Source of the DNA: Verrucomicrobiia bacterium
GTDB taxonomy: Bacteria > Verrucomicrobiota > Verrucomicrobiia > Limisphaerales > UBA1319
Direction: 5' to 3'
NCBI GenBank assembly: GCA_963664225.1
Contig: OY760937.1
Coordinates: 1-64,000, forward strand
Length of the DNA: 64,000 nt
The notes below the pieces were generated by a model. That model worked only from the letters and a program-made list of their open reading frames with translations. It did not search any database and was not told the DNA's origin. Below, piece by piece: positions 30,688 to 41,929 of the stretch; the first letter of the stretch is position 1, and every line of letters starts with the position of its first letter. The position numbers were made by a program, and so were the translations under genes.

Positions 30688-31346
30688 CCCCCATCGCAAA
30701 CTCCAAATTGTCGGTCGTAAAATTCCAGGAGCGGGAGCCATTGCCACTCTCGCTCCTTAACGACTTCCTTTTTTGTCCGCGAAGGGCGGCATTGAAGATT
30801 GTTGAAGGATGGCGTTCTGCAAATCAACACACGGAACGTGGGGACATCGTGCATGAACACGCCGACCTACCTGGCTATGAAGTTGCCAAAGGAGTGACAA
30901 TATTGCGAGCGTTGCCGGTGTGGTCGGATCGCCTCGGTTTGAACGGCAAGTGTGATTTCGTTGAGAAGCGTTCGGATGGCTTGCTCTTTCCTGTGGAATT
31001 CAAAGTGGGTAAACGTCGCGAATGGGAAAATGATGATGCGCAACTCTGCGCCCAGGCAATATGCCTGGAGGAAATGTTTCAAATCTCCATTCCATGTGGC
31101 GCGATCTTTCATGCTGAAAGCAGGCGGCGGCGCGAAGTTGACTTCGACGAAAAACTACGAAAGCGAACAGAGGAAGCCATCCGGGTCGTTCACAACATGA
31201 CTGAGTCCGAAAACATACCTCCCGCCCTGTATGTGGAAGACAGATGCGAGGAATGTTCGCTTTTTGACATCTGCCTGCCACGGCTCACCCGGACAGAGGC
31301 AGCGTCAACCACGAAGGCTGCCACACGCCGCTTGTATCAAACCTGA
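30684..31346 (+). CDS. cas4: Cas4
   Basis: FCPRR, GKCD.VE, PVEFK, QLCAQA.CLEEM, C-terminal CEECSL..IC. Confidence 0.95.
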   Translation: MTPIANSKLSVVKFQEREPLPLSLLNDFLFCPRRAALKIVEGWRSANQHTERGDIVHEHADLPGYEVAKGVTILRALPVWSDRLGLNGKCDFVEKRSDGLLFPVEFKVGKRREWENDDAQLCAQAICLEEMFQISIPCGAIFHAESRRRREVDFDEKLRKRTEEAIRVVHNMTESENIPPALYVEDRCEECSLFDICLPRLTRTEAASTTKAATRRLYQT

Positions 31347-31364
31347 AACAACCTTAGACCCACT

Positions 31365-32474
31365 GTGCATGAAATAATCCAAAATACGCTCTATCTGACG
31401 ACCAACGGCACGTTTGTGAGCCGCGATCATCTGACATTGCAGGTGGAAGTGCCGGTCTATCCACCGGACCTGCCGCCCGAGGAACGTTCGCGCGACAAGG
31501 CCATAGACTGGCGAAAATTGCCCATTCCAATTCATCACCTTGAATCCCTCTGCGCTTTCGGACAGGTGACAATCACGCCACCAGCACTTGCTCTATGTTG
31601 GGAACATGGTGTAGCTGTCCATTTTTTGAGTGAGTGGGGTTACCTCCAGGCGCGGTTGACCGGTGTTGCGGACACAAGTGTTACCTTGCGGAGAGCCCAA
31701 TTCCGTGCGGCCGATGTTCCCGAGAAATGTGCTGCCATTTCACGAGCCATCATTGCGGGCAAGATTCAGAACAGCCGCAATTCTCTGCTTCGGGCCGCGC
31801 GAGAAACGGAGGAACCAACCGAGAAAGCCAAACTGGACAGCGCCGCAGACGCATTGGCCCGTCAGATACAGGAGCTCGGACGCTGGAAACCAGAAAGTCC
31901 CGCCACAACTAACGCTCTTGATATATTGCGCGGCACGGAGGGAATGGCCGCGCAGACTTATTTCTCTGTATTCAGTCTGCTGCTCAAACAACAACGGGAT
32001 GATTTCACTTTTGGCAACCGCAGTCGGCGTCCACCACGCGACCGTATCAATTGTCTGCTGAGTTTTCTCTATGCTTTGGTTCGTCATGATTGTGTGACAG
32101 CGCTCACCACAGTCGGTTTGGATCCATTCGTAGGTTTTCTTCATGTTGAACGTCCGAATCGCCCGTCGCTCGCCTTGGATTTGATGGAGGAGTTTCGTCC
32201 CTGGCTGGCCGACCGCCTAGCGGTCACACTTATCAACCGTAAACAGGTTGGTCCTGAGCATTTCCGAGTACGTGAAGGCGGAGCAGTGGAATTCACGGAT
32301 GCAGGCCGCAAATTAGTGATTCAGTCTTATCAGACTCGCAAACAGGAAACTTTGCAGCATCCATTGCTCGATCAACAGTTGCGCGTGGGCCAATTACCGT
32401 TCATACAGGCGCGCATCCTCGCCCGGTTCTTGCGCGGAGATATTGCGGATTACATCCCGCTTGTGCCAAAGTGA
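31365..32474 (+). CDS. cas1: type I-C Cas1
   Basis: NTLY, RGTEG.AA..YF, RRPPRDRINCLLSF.Y, GLDPFVGFLH, LALDLMEEFR. Confidence 0.95.
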   Translation: MHEIIQNTLYLTTNGTFVSRDHLTLQVEVPVYPPDLPPEERSRDKAIDWRKLPIPIHHLESLCAFGQVTITPPALALCWEHGVAVHFLSEWGYLQARLTGVADTSVTLRRAQFRAADVPEKCAAISRAIIAGKIQNSRNSLLRAARETEEPTEKAKLDSAADALARQIQELGRWKPESPATTNALDILRGTEGMAAQTYFSVFSLLLKQQRDDFTFGNRSRRPPRDRINCLLSFLYALVRHDCVTALTTVGLDPFVGFLHVERPNRPSLALDLMEEFRPWLADRLAVTLINRKQVGPEHFRVREGGAVEFTDAGRKLVIQSYQTRKQETLQHPLLDQQLRVGQLPFIQARILARFLRGDIADYIPLVPK

Positions 32475-32501
32475 GGATCATCAACCCTAAACCATAAACC
32501 G

Positions 32502-32792
32502 ATGCTAATCCTCGTTACCTACGATGTTGCTACAGTGGAGAAAGCTGGACAACGGCGTTTGCGACGCGTAGCTCAGGCATGTGAGGATTACGGAGTGCGC
32601 GTCCAGAAGAGCGTATTCGAGTGTCAGGTCGGCCAGACTGAATGGGTGCAACTCAAAGACCGGTTGGTCCGGGAGATCAAGGTGGATGAGGATTCGTTGC
32701 GATTTTATTTTCTGAATGAAACGGCCCGGTATAAGATCGAGCATCACGGTGTGGATAAGCCGTTAGACCTCAGCGAGCCGTTAATCCTGTGA
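32502..32792 (+). CDS. cas2: Cas2
   Basis: LVTYDV, RLRRVA..C..YGVRVQKSVFEC, DSLRFY. Confidence 0.95.
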   Translation: MLILVTYDVATVEKAGQRRLRRVAQACEDYGVRVQKSVFECQVGQTEWVQLKDRLVREIKVDEDSLRFYFLNETARYKIEHHGVDKPLDLSEPLIL

Positions 32793-32978
32793 GATGTTTC
32801 CGCGAATCCCAAGTGTCGGGCCAAACCCGACTGTTTCGCGGAGTGTGGAAATTCCAATGCTTCCAGTGCTTTTCATGTTGCTCTTTGACAAAAACATCGC
32901 TCATCGCGATGTCATATTGGCAAGTTCGCGCAAATGGTGTAGAAAGTTTTTGCAGCTCAATCGAAAGAGAGGTCTGCA
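32793..32978 (+). promoter_or_regulatory. CRISPR leader
   Basis: Non-coding interval between cas2 and the first perfect repeat; the degenerate repeat is at the far end. Confidence 0.7.
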
Positions 32979-35900
32979 GTCACCCCGGTTGAAAAGCCGG
33001 GGTGCGGATTGAAACAACGCGGTGGACCCGCGCATCATGCAGGCGGTGGGTCACCCCGGTTGAAAAGCCGGGGTGCGGATTGAAACTACGATGGTGGTAG
33101 CGATAACAGCTAGTCCACCCAAGTCACCCCGGTTGAAAAGCCGGGGTGCGGATTGAAACCCGTCTTGACCCACCACCCCCTTGAGAGTTTTGGGTCACCC
33201 CGGTTGAAAAGCCGGGGTGCGGATTGAAACACCGCCAAGACGATGGCGACGATAATGGCAGCGGTCGTCACCCCGGTTGAAAAGCCGGGGTGCGGATTGA
33301 AACGCTTCCCTGGCAGTCACCACGGCCTTGGCGCTGGCGGTCACCCCGGTTGAAAAGCCGGGGTGCGGATTGAAACCCCGTTTTCCAATCCGGTGTAGAG
33401 GCAACGGGATGTCACCCCGGTTGAAAAGCCGGGGTGCGGATTGAAACACCTACAAGACCCCGGCTATCATGGCACGGAACCGGTCACCCCGGTTGAAAAG
33501 CCGGGGTGCGGATTGAAACATTGACATAGAAAAAAATAGACCTCATGTCCCCTGTCACCCCGGTTGAAAAGCCGGGGTGCGGATTGAAACACCTCCTCCC
33601 CCCTCTAATTTGAGATTCACCGTCGTCACCCCGGTTGAAAAGCCGGGGTGCGGATTGAAACGTTCCCTTAGATTCCAATGGGGAACACCCTATGCTGTCA
33701 CCCCGGTTGAAAAGCCGGGGTGCGGATTGAAACATCTGTAAATAAATCCACCCCTTCTCATCCGTAATAGGTCACCCCGGTTGAAAAGCCGGGGTGCGGA
33801 TTGAAACACGTCAACCGAAAGCGAAATATCGGTATTGAAACGAGTCACCCCGGTTGAAAAGCCGGGGTGCGGATTGAAACTGATTGTTGGTTCCGGTCAC
33901 ACCGGACGCCACCCAGTCACCCCGGTTGAAAAGCCGGGGTGCGGATTGAAACGACATGCAACTGTGCGTTGGAATGGTTGTCATGTGTCACCCCGGTTGA
34001 AAAGCCGGGGTGCGGATTGAAACAAATATCAATTCCTTGGACAATATGCGCCAGAGATGTCACCCCGGTTGAAAAGCCGGGGTGCGGATTGAAACTGATA
34101 ATCCTCCCATCGATAAAGAATTGGTGCGCGTCACCCCGGTTGAAAAGCCGGGGTGCGGATTGAAACGCATGACAAGCGCGTTCTCTTCGATTGTCATCAC
34201 GTCACCCCGGTTGAAAAGCCGGGGTGCGGATTGAAACTGGAGGTAGTAATAGAGTATCACTTATTTTGTACGAGTCACCCCGGTTGAAAAGCCGGGGTGC
34301 GGATTGAAACGTAACACTCAACTGCAACGCCGCACAACTCACAAGTCACCCCGGTTGAAAAGCCGGGGTGCGGATTGAAACAATGATTCCCTCAAACTCC
34401 GCGTCCGTTCCGAAAAGTCACCCCGGTTGAAAAGCCGGGGTGCGGATTGAAACCAACTCCGCTTCGACCACTTTAAGCTCCGACTCCGCGTCACCCCGGT
34501 TGAAAAGCCGGGGTGCGGATTGAAACAAGCATTTTCGCGGGCATCGACTTTTCCGCATAGCGTCACCCCGGTTGAAAAGCCGGGGTGCGGATTGAAACAC
34601 CATCACAAGGCCGGTGCATGTACACCACAAACGGTCACCCCGGTTGAAAAGCCGGGGTGCGGATTGAAACAGATAATAATCTAGCTTTGTATTGCGTTCC
34701 TCCTCGTCACCCCGGTTGAAAAGCCGGGGTGCGGATTGAAACACCTCCAGTATTGTTTCCAGCATCCAATCCGTGCAAGTCACCCCGGTTGAAAAGCCGG
34801 GGTGCGGATTGAAACACGTCGAACACCGGATTGGTGTTGATCGCATCACGTCACCCCGGTTGAAAAGCCGGGGTGCGGATTGAAACAGCGGGACGGCCAG
34901 TGTGCAGTGCTACGCTTGGGGGTCACCCCGGTTGAAAAGCCGGGGTGCGGATTGAAACTGCCAGTCCGCCGTGCGCATTGAGGATGGGATGGGTCACCCC
35001 GGTTGAAAAGCCGGGGTGCGGATTGAAACTCCATTTACCGGCTGGCAGTCCCTGAGCGGCACGTTGTCACCCCGGTTGAAAAGCCGGGGTGCGGATTGAA
35101 ACCCAAAACCCGCGTTGGTGGTGGTGGCCTCCAGTAGGTCACCCCGGTTGAAAAGCCGGGGTGCGGATTGAAACTCCTTCCACGCCTCCAAATCCGTCAG
35201 CACCTCCACGGGTCACCCCGGTTGAAAAGCCGGGGTGCGGATTGAAACTCCGTAAAATTCAATCCATGTTCCCCCAGCTCCGGTCACCCCGGTTGAAAAG
35301 CCGGGGTGCGGATTGAAACCGCAATGTGGTGGAGGCTTACAAGTCAGAGTTGGGGTCACCCCGGTTGAAAAGCCGGGGTGCGGATTGAAACACGTTCACG
35401 GTTGCAATGGGTGATCCAAACCACACGTCACCCCGGTTGAAAAGCCGGGGTGCGGATTGAAACAACGAGAGTCAGGCGCTTGAAAAAGTGGTCAAGGGTC
35501 ACCCCGGTTGAAAAGCCGGGGTGCGGATTGAAACTTTGAAACTTTCTTTCAAACGGGTTTGGATCAGGGGTCACCCCGGTTGAAAAGCCGGGGTGCGGAT
35601 TGAAACCAGCAAACCAACGAATGGACGCCGCAACTGGAGGAGTCACCCCGGTTGAAAAGCCGGGGTGCGGATTGAAACGTGGTGAATGTGACGTTCCCTG
35701 TAAGACTCAAGGTGTCACCCCGGTTGAAAAGCCGGGGTGCGGATTGAAACGCTTGCTGCAACGTACTGGGGGATTGTCGCGCAAGGTCACCCCGGTTGAA
35801 AAGCCGGGGTGCGGATTGAAACTTGTTAACAGTTTGCACCTTCCGCAGTACGTATTGGTCACCCCGGTTGAAAAGCCGGGGTGCGGATTGAAACGTCACC

Positions 35901-36614
35901 GTCGTCACGTTGGATCCGGCGAGAACAAGTCACCCCGGTTGAAAAGCCGGGGTGCGGATTGAAACACGCGGTGTTCCTCATGGTAGTGGTGTCAATGGCG
36001 TCACCCCGGTTGAAAAGCCGGGGTGCGGATTGAAACAGCCACCATTGGTACCACCAGGCATCCACCTGGCGGTCACCCCGGTTGAAAAGCCGGGGTGCGG
36101 ATTGAAACTTTCCCAAAGTGATGTACGTCTCGGGAATTTCAGGCGTCACCCCGGTTGAAAAGCCGGGGTGCGGATTGAAACGAGAGCAGCGACGCCTCCA
36201 GGATCCCCGCGTCCAACGTCACCCCGGTTGAAAAGCCGGGGTGCGGATTGAAACCATCTTCACCAATGGCGTCATCAATGCCGACGACAAGTCACCCCGG
36301 TTGAAAAGCCGGGGTGCGGATTGAAACATTTTTTGAGCCATCCCGGATCCCACTTGCGTTCCTGTCACCCCGGTTGAAAAGCCGGGGTGCGGATTGAAAC
36401 AAAAGCCCATTAATACCAATCCTAACATGCAAAAGTCACCCCGGTTGAAAAGCCGGGGTGCGGATTGAAACACATCGCCGATTCCATGCTGATTTAACGG
36501 GTTCATGTGTCACCCCGGTTGAAAAGCCGGGGTGCGGATTGAAACTCAATATTCAGACCCCAATACGCCAGTCGTGCACGCGTCACCCCGGTTGAAAAGC
36601 CGGGGTGCGGATTG
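32979..36614 (+). CRISPR. type I-C CRISPR array, 51 repeats (last truncated) and 50 spacers of ~33-37 bp
   Basis: 37-bp repeat GTCACCCCGGTTGAAAAGCCGGGGTGCGGATTGAAAC with a CACCCCGG/CCGGGGTG hairpin; ~72-bp period; hand count. Confidence 0.98.
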
Positions 36615-36794
36615 TTGCCATGCAATTACGGAGAAGAGGCAAAACCTGATCGTGGCTGAGAGAATTATGGCACACAACTCTTAGGTCATGAAGCGATTTT
36701 TTGATGGCTCTATTCAGAGTCGCTTACGATGAGACATTCAAGGCAGACCGTGATTCGTCCACAAAGTCTTGTCCAACCCTTAAAAACTGTGGTC

Positions 36795-36921
36795 TGATAT
36801 AATGAAGGTCAAAAAGCGCCGATTTCCAAGGCGTTCCAATAAATATTGCCCCAAACGGCAAATATTCCCCCCTTTGTTCGTTTTATCATTTAGGTAATGT
36901 GGAGTTCTGAACTCTCACATT
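36795..36921 (+). promoter_or_regulatory. putative extended -10 promoter and palindromic operator upstream of the HTH gene
   Basis: TGaTATAAT at 36795-36803; near-palindrome AATGTGGAGTTC-T-GAACTCTCACATT at 36896-36921. Confidence 0.45.
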
Positions 36922-36938
36922 GAGTTCTTTCAAAAACA

Positions 36939-37295
36939 ATGGCCTCGCAACAACTTTCAAATTATTTGCGGACATATCGGAAGCGTTCCGCACTTTCTCA
37001 GGATGAAGTGGCGTTTCTTTTGGGTCAAAAAAGCGGAGCCAAAGTCTGCCGATACGAACGGTTTAAGCGAGAACCCGGGCTGCAAACTGTACTTGCCTAT
37101 GTGGCAATCTTCCAAAAACCTGTTTCTGATCTTTTCCCAGGTCTCTATCAAGAAATTGCCGGGAATGTGAGAGCCCGAGCCGCAAAGTTGGCCGTGCAAC
37201 TGAGTAAAAACAAATCGACCAAGGCGGCCATGCTCAAGCGCCAAACGTTAGCCACCATTGTCGACATGGTTTCAAATAATGGAAAACAAACATGA
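36939..37295 (+). CDS. XRE-family HTH regulator
   Basis: NYLRTYRKRSALSQDEVAFLLG...VCRYERFKREP. Confidence 0.85.
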   Translation: MASQQLSNYLRTYRKRSALSQDEVAFLLGQKSGAKVCRYERFKREPGLQTVLAYVAIFQKPVSDLFPGLYQEIAGNVRARAAKLAVQLSKNKSTKAAMLKRQTLATIVDMVSNNGKQT

Positions 37296-37855
37296 GTCGC
37301 AACAGGACAGAGCATCTCCGCGTTTTAGGAATCGCTCCATCAACGCGGGGTTTTGGCTTTGTGTTGATGGAAGGGGAGAACACGCTTGTCGATTGGGGTG
37401 TCAAAGCGGTGAAAAGAGACAAAAATGCCAGGTCACTCTCAAATGTGGCGAACCTTATTGACCTTTACAGGCCGGATGTGGTGGCCCTTGAGAATACGCG
37501 CTTAAAGGAGTCACGGCGATCTGTGAGAATAAAGGAGCTAGTCGAGGGGATTATCGTTTTGGCTAAAAGCCAAAATATTCGAGTTAAGTTGTTCTCGCCT
37601 AAGAAGTTAAAAATACAATTTCTGAATGATGAATATGGGACAAAACAGGCCATGGCTGAATCTTTGGCGGCTCGTTTTCCTGAAGAATTAGGTTTTCAAC
37701 TTCCAAAAAGACGGAGGATTTGGATGGGGCCAGATTATCGAATGGATATTTTCATTGCGGTGGCTCTAACTCGGTACTTTCTATGTGCTCGGCAAAAACC
37801 GGGTAATTCCGTTATGGTGCGAACCACAAAAGTATGTGAAGTGTGCAAAGATTGA
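37292..37855 (+). CDS. RuvC/RNase H-fold protein with degenerate catalytic motif
   Basis: RVLGIAPSTRGFGFVL...RPDVVALE...GTKQAMA matches RuvC-type motifs, with GIAP in place of GIDP; ATGA-coupled to the HTH gene. Confidence 0.7.
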   Translation: MSRNRTEHLRVLGIAPSTRGFGFVLMEGENTLVDWGVKAVKRDKNARSLSNVANLIDLYRPDVVALENTRLKESRRSVRIKELVEGIIVLAKSQNIRVKLFSPKKLKIQFLNDEYGTKQAMAESLAARFPEELGFQLPKRRRIWMGPDYRMDIFIAVALTRYFLCARQKPGNSVMVRTTKVCEVCKD

Positions 37856-37913
37856 ACGAATTACGGTTCATTTTCACATCAATCCGTCTTTGCTTCATTG
37901 ACATAACGCCACG

Positions 37914-38567
37914 GTGGGTTTGGAAAGCATTCTGATACACAAGAAAAGAAAATATCACATTTCGCTTCAATTCGGTGAAATATCTGTTACATCTCATTTG
38001 GAAACATTAAATAGATCACGAAAAAAGAATGGTTTAATGTCTTACTCAGGCTTAATCTCGCTAGAGAGGGCTCTCTTGGAGTCGTTAAGAATTGTTGTCG
38101 GCCAGCATTCCAATACCTCCCAGATTTGGCGTGGCAATTTCGTCGCCACGAATACCGATCCTACAAAGCCAGCAAAACATTATATAAACGTCTTTCGGTT
38201 TCCAAAGCTAAACAACTATCTCGACGATTCATTCCAACGAAACCGCAATACGGACATCAGGATAAACAGCGTTGTTGTTTATGAGTTAGTTAAAATACAT
38301 ATCAAACAACTTTCGCGTGCTGGGTGGCTGAGACATGAAAATGAAGCTGGGCAGCGTTATTCACAACACTCGCATGTCGATCATACTTTCCAAAACACGA
38401 AGAGGCTGCCCTCCTTGAAGCGAAGTTGTGGAGACTATAAAACATCACACATCGATCAAAACCATATTCGCACTTCGCGATGTGCAAATACGCTCAATCG
38501 GTTTCACTCGCTAGTTTCCAACCTGCTTGGAAGTTATCTAGTCAGCCAAAATGCAAAGTCCACATAA
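37914..38567 (+). CDS. hypothetical protein
   Basis: 217 stop-free codons in AT-rich DNA; no motif; start uncertain. Confidence 0.3.
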   Translation: MGLESILIHKKRKYHISLQFGEISVTSHLETLNRSRKKNGLMSYSGLISLERALLESLRIVVGQHSNTSQIWRGNFVATNTDPTKPAKHYINVFRFPKLNNYLDDSFQRNRNTDIRINSVVVYELVKIHIKQLSRAGWLRHENEAGQRYSQHSHVDHTFQNTKRLPSLKRSCGDYKTSHIDQNHIRTSRCANTLNRFHSLVSNLLGSYLVSQNAKST

Positions 38568-41500
38568 TATTATGAACAAACACACAGCCACTCCAAAAGC
38601 TGGAAAATGCAAGGCGGTGTCAGCCACTGAACTCGTCAGTATTACAAACATGTTACACAAGCAGTTGGAGTGTCTGAAGTATATTGGCGGAAAAACGACT
38701 GCGGAAAAACCTACAGGCGAAGGTGTTGACATCAATATTCTCCTACTTCCATGCCTTGCACTCGATTTTCGCCAGTACAACATTGGAAAAGGAAAGCGCG
38801 TTTGCACGGTAGGAGGGCGCGCTGCACGCATGGCCTGCGCTCTCTTACATTTACAGGATCAAGAAGATGGCACTTATCGCATACAACTATTGGCTCGCAC
38901 TGGAGAGCTCGGAAGGATATTGCTTGCCAATGAATTCACCGCAGAAAACGCCGTTCGTCACCAGCGCAACCTAAACCTTGACTTAGTCTTTACACGACCA
39001 GGAGAACCACGGTGTGTTATCTTTAAAAACAAGGGAGCGCATCCAGATTCGCCCGGCCCATTAAAAGAGAACGAACTGCGACTCGAGGATCTTAAAGATC
39101 CAAGAGTTGGGCGTGCCATTAGTCGTGCGAAGGCAATTTGCTTCACCTCCATTAAATTAGATCAACATCTCGATCTTATAGAGGAACTTGCAAACTACCT
39201 CAAACCTCAGGAGACTCCCATTTTTCTTGATCTGTTGAGATCAGGGCCAAATAGCCTTGTGGTTAAGTTGTTCACGAAGATAAAAGCTATTAAGGGTGTG
39301 CCCCCATTGCACCTATTCGTTCCAAGCGATATAACAAACAAGTTGTGTCGCCTTGCCAAAACAAAAACCATCCATGAGATGTGCCATGCTTATAACATTC
39401 GTGTTATCACATATTCCAACAATTCCTCTACATTAACTGTCACTGGTCCGAAAGGCATAGAACACTACGCTTCAGGAATAAAACCCATAAAAGGTGAAGA
39501 CATGGGAATTCGATTCAAAGCGGGTGTTGTCTTAGCTGAAAGCCTATATCAGGCGATCATAACACTGGACATCAAAAATGAATTAGGTAGTAAGATGTTG
39601 GCATTCTGGAAGGATGCTCATTGGGAAAAAGTCATAGGTTATGGCGCGGCTATGGCATCAGCGATCACTTTTGAAGCCGACAAACACGAAGGTTATTGTT
39701 CACTGGAACAGTTGGTTTGTAGGGCAGGGAATAAATCGGAACACTATCCGGACAACACGACAGTCTCCCTTGTCCGAAACGGAATGTTTCCCGAGTTTCC
39801 AGCTCCGAAACATTCGACTGAGTTTGTTCTGCATCCTGAACATATGGGAGATGCTGCCCAACTTGCCGGTTTTCGTCGTGGTTCAGCAGATGCATCGCGA
39901 ACGGCCCCTTCATTATTATATAACCCAAAACTTTCGCTGTGTGCAAAGCCCAATCCAAAATGTGACTTCTGCCCGAAAAGGAACGTTGAACCATCTACTC
40001 CTTCAGCCGCTGTTATGATCGACCTCGACAGCACTCTAATGAATTCCACCGCCGAGCGCAGAAAGGCGGTCTCGGTTGCGCTACGAAGGCTCGTCAGTTC
40101 GCTAGAGAAGATAGGCTATAATGTTGCTATTAATTATAATTCCGAAGGAAAAGAAGAGCCTCTAGGTGAATTTTTTGATAAAAATATATATTCTCTGTGG
40201 TCAGTCTTTAAGTTAATGGGCAGAGGCGATTTCCGGCAGCAATGGAATCATCATGGCTGGTACGCTTCTTTCATAATTCTTGCCCATGAGCCAGGCTTGC
40301 TAGAGGATTTAGTTAATGGCAGCAAACACTTTGTTGCTTTGTGTGAAGAAAATCCTTGGGAACAGGCGCGCGACAATTATGGCCAACAGAATATAGAGTC
40401 TTTGCAAAAAACAATTTGGTGGCAAATGTTCGCCAATAAATATGACGAAGTGCTAAAGCTATATGGTGACTTGATTAAGACTGCACAAGCAAACTTTGAG
40501 GGTGTTGAATTGACTCCGTATAAAGAGGCACGTGACTTTTTGAAATCGCTGAAGGATAGCGGGGCATTTTATTTGTATGTGGTTTCAGAAGGCGATCCAG
40601 CAACTCAATGGTTAAAGTTAAAAAGCACTGGTCTTGCTGATTTTATTGGAAGAGATCATCTTTTGACTACTGGAGAGGCCGCAGAACCGGTGAAGGAGCG
40701 GCAGCAACTTAGCGATGAACAGAATGCCATATCCAAACAATATACAGAAGCTGTCCGTCGGCAGCAATCGGCCGACCAAAGAGTTTTTGACTCAGGCGGT
40801 CTCCATAGAGTGCTCGTGGCTAGACTTCGCAATAATGAGGCTAGCGCAAGAATTGCGAGTGAATTATCGCGTCGCAGCCAAGCTGATGAGATGGAATTAC
40901 CAAGTCTTGAGGCAGCCACAAGGCGTCTTGAACTCTATCAACAAGCAATATTATTCGCCAACGCCGTTATCACTCGCATGGCGAAAAAGCGAGGCAAACC
41001 ATTTTACGCAGCAGTAGTGCGGGCGATCTTACGTAAGCCACATTCCCCTCTCAATGAGTTACGGAATTTCTCACGTCTGATGGATAAACCACGAAATCAA
41101 GAGATGATCAAATTTGCCATGATTGGAGACAGGCAAGATAATGACATTGATCCCCCATCTGAACTCTTGGGAAGAGAACATTTACTCTCCATTCGTATAC
41201 GCTCGGAGCGCGATAGCAAACAAACCAAGAATAAGGAGTTCCCGCCCAATTACATAGTCGAATCACTCGCACAAGCTAAAGCGATAATATTGAGCAAAAA
41301 TACGTGGGATCATATTTGGTGTAAAGACGCTCCACCGATATTTAACTGGCGTAATATGCCGGAGCCTGGAGGAAATAGTCGAAGTTATTTCGACAGTAGC
41401 GATAACACAGTGTGCCTTGCTGTATTGATTGCTGGAATAATATACGCAAGTCGACCAAGCTCGTTAACGAGGAAAATATGTGCTGGTGTTCTACTTGAAC

Positions 41501-41868
41501 AATTCGCATCTCAGTCAGATAAATGGCAAAATGATGGTGACGCCGATAAAGCCTTGAGTACATGCTTACAACCGCCTTTTGATGATCATGACGATTTTGA
41601 GCGCGTAGTCTTAGTAGAGCGTGTGTTGTGTGCTTTGGTATTGAGCGCACAGGTGTGCTCTGACCCATTACTGAGGCGGTTAGCAGATAGAATTGCGGTT
41701 AAAATCTCCGAACTTTATGGAGAATTGAAACGAATGCCATTGTCGACCGAGCCTATAGCGTTTGAACGAACAACTGCCTTCTTAGAAATGGGGGCCGCGT
41801 TACGTACATTTGCGGATAATGGTAGTGATTTTGCGAAGAATATCGCACGAAACGCTTTGGAAGACTAA
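38551..41868 (+). CDS. degenerate PfkB/ribokinase-like domain fused to a HAD-family hydrolase (1105 aa)
   Basis: PfkB-like GGRAARMACAL...LARTGELG and EDMGIRFKAG. HAD motifs IDLDSTL, VVSEG, K(P) and MIGDRQDNDI. Confidence 0.7.
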   Translation: MQSPHNIMNKHTATPKAGKCKAVSATELVSITNMLHKQLECLKYIGGKTTAEKPTGEGVDINILLLPCLALDFRQYNIGKGKRVCTVGGRAARMACALLHLQDQEDGTYRIQLLARTGELGRILLANEFTAENAVRHQRNLNLDLVFTRPGEPRCVIFKNKGAHPDSPGPLKENELRLEDLKDPRVGRAISRAKAICFTSIKLDQHLDLIEELANYLKPQETPIFLDLLRSGPNSLVVKLFTKIKAIKGVPPLHLFVPSDITNKLCRLAKTKTIHEMCHAYNIRVITYSNNSSTLTVTGPKGIEHYASGIKPIKGEDMGIRFKAGVVLAESLYQAIITLDIKNELGSKMLAFWKDAHWEKVIGYGAAMASAITFEADKHEGYCSLEQLVCRAGNKSEHYPDNTTVSLVRNGMFPEFPAPKHSTEFVLHPEHMGDAAQLAGFRRGSADASRTAPSLLYNPKLSLCAKPNPKCDFCPKRNVEPSTPSAAVMIDLDSTLMNSTAERRKAVSVALRRLVSSLEKIGYNVAINYNSEGKEEPLGEFFDKNIYSLWSVFKLMGRGDFRQQWNHHGWYASFIILAHEPGLLEDLVNGSKHFVALCEENPWEQARDNYGQQNIESLQKTIWWQMFANKYDEVLKLYGDLIKTAQANFEGVELTPYKEARDFLKSLKDSGAFYLYVVSEGDPATQWLKLKSTGLADFIGRDHLLTTGEAAEPVKERQQLSDEQNAISKQYTEAVRRQQSADQRVFDSGGLHRVLVARLRNNEASARIASELSRRSQADEMELPSLEAATRRLELYQQAILFANAVITRMAKKRGKPFYAAVVRAILRKPHSPLNELRNFSRLMDKPRNQEMIKFAMIGDRQDNDIDPPSELLGREHLLSIRIRSERDSKQTKNKEFPPNYIVESLAQAKAIILSKNTWDHIWCKDAPPIFNWRNMPEPGGNSRSYFDSSDNTVCLAVLIAGIIYASRPSSLTRKICAGVLLEQFASQSDKWQNDGDADKALSTCLQPPFDDHDDFERVVLVERVLCALVLSAQVCSDPLLRRLADRIAVKISELYGELKRMPLSTEPIAFERTTAFLEMGAALRTFADNGSDFAKNIARNALED

Positions 41869-41929
41869 TGGTCTATTGTAACTTGATTTAGTAGATGGGA
41901 CATTTAAGGGCGACATAATGTAATCAAAA

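Noticed and set aside
32794..36506. Many short ORFs with FQSAPRLFNRGD or VTPVEKPGCGLK repeats
   Set aside because: They are translations of the CRISPR repeat
32979..36614. Self-targeting spacers within the window
   Set aside because: None noticed by eye; this was not an exhaustive search and needs alignment to exclude
37292..37855. RuvC-fold gene as a Cas12/TnpB effector
   Set aside because: Only 187 aa with contiguous resolvase-type motifs and no zinc finger; the array is explained by the I-C operon
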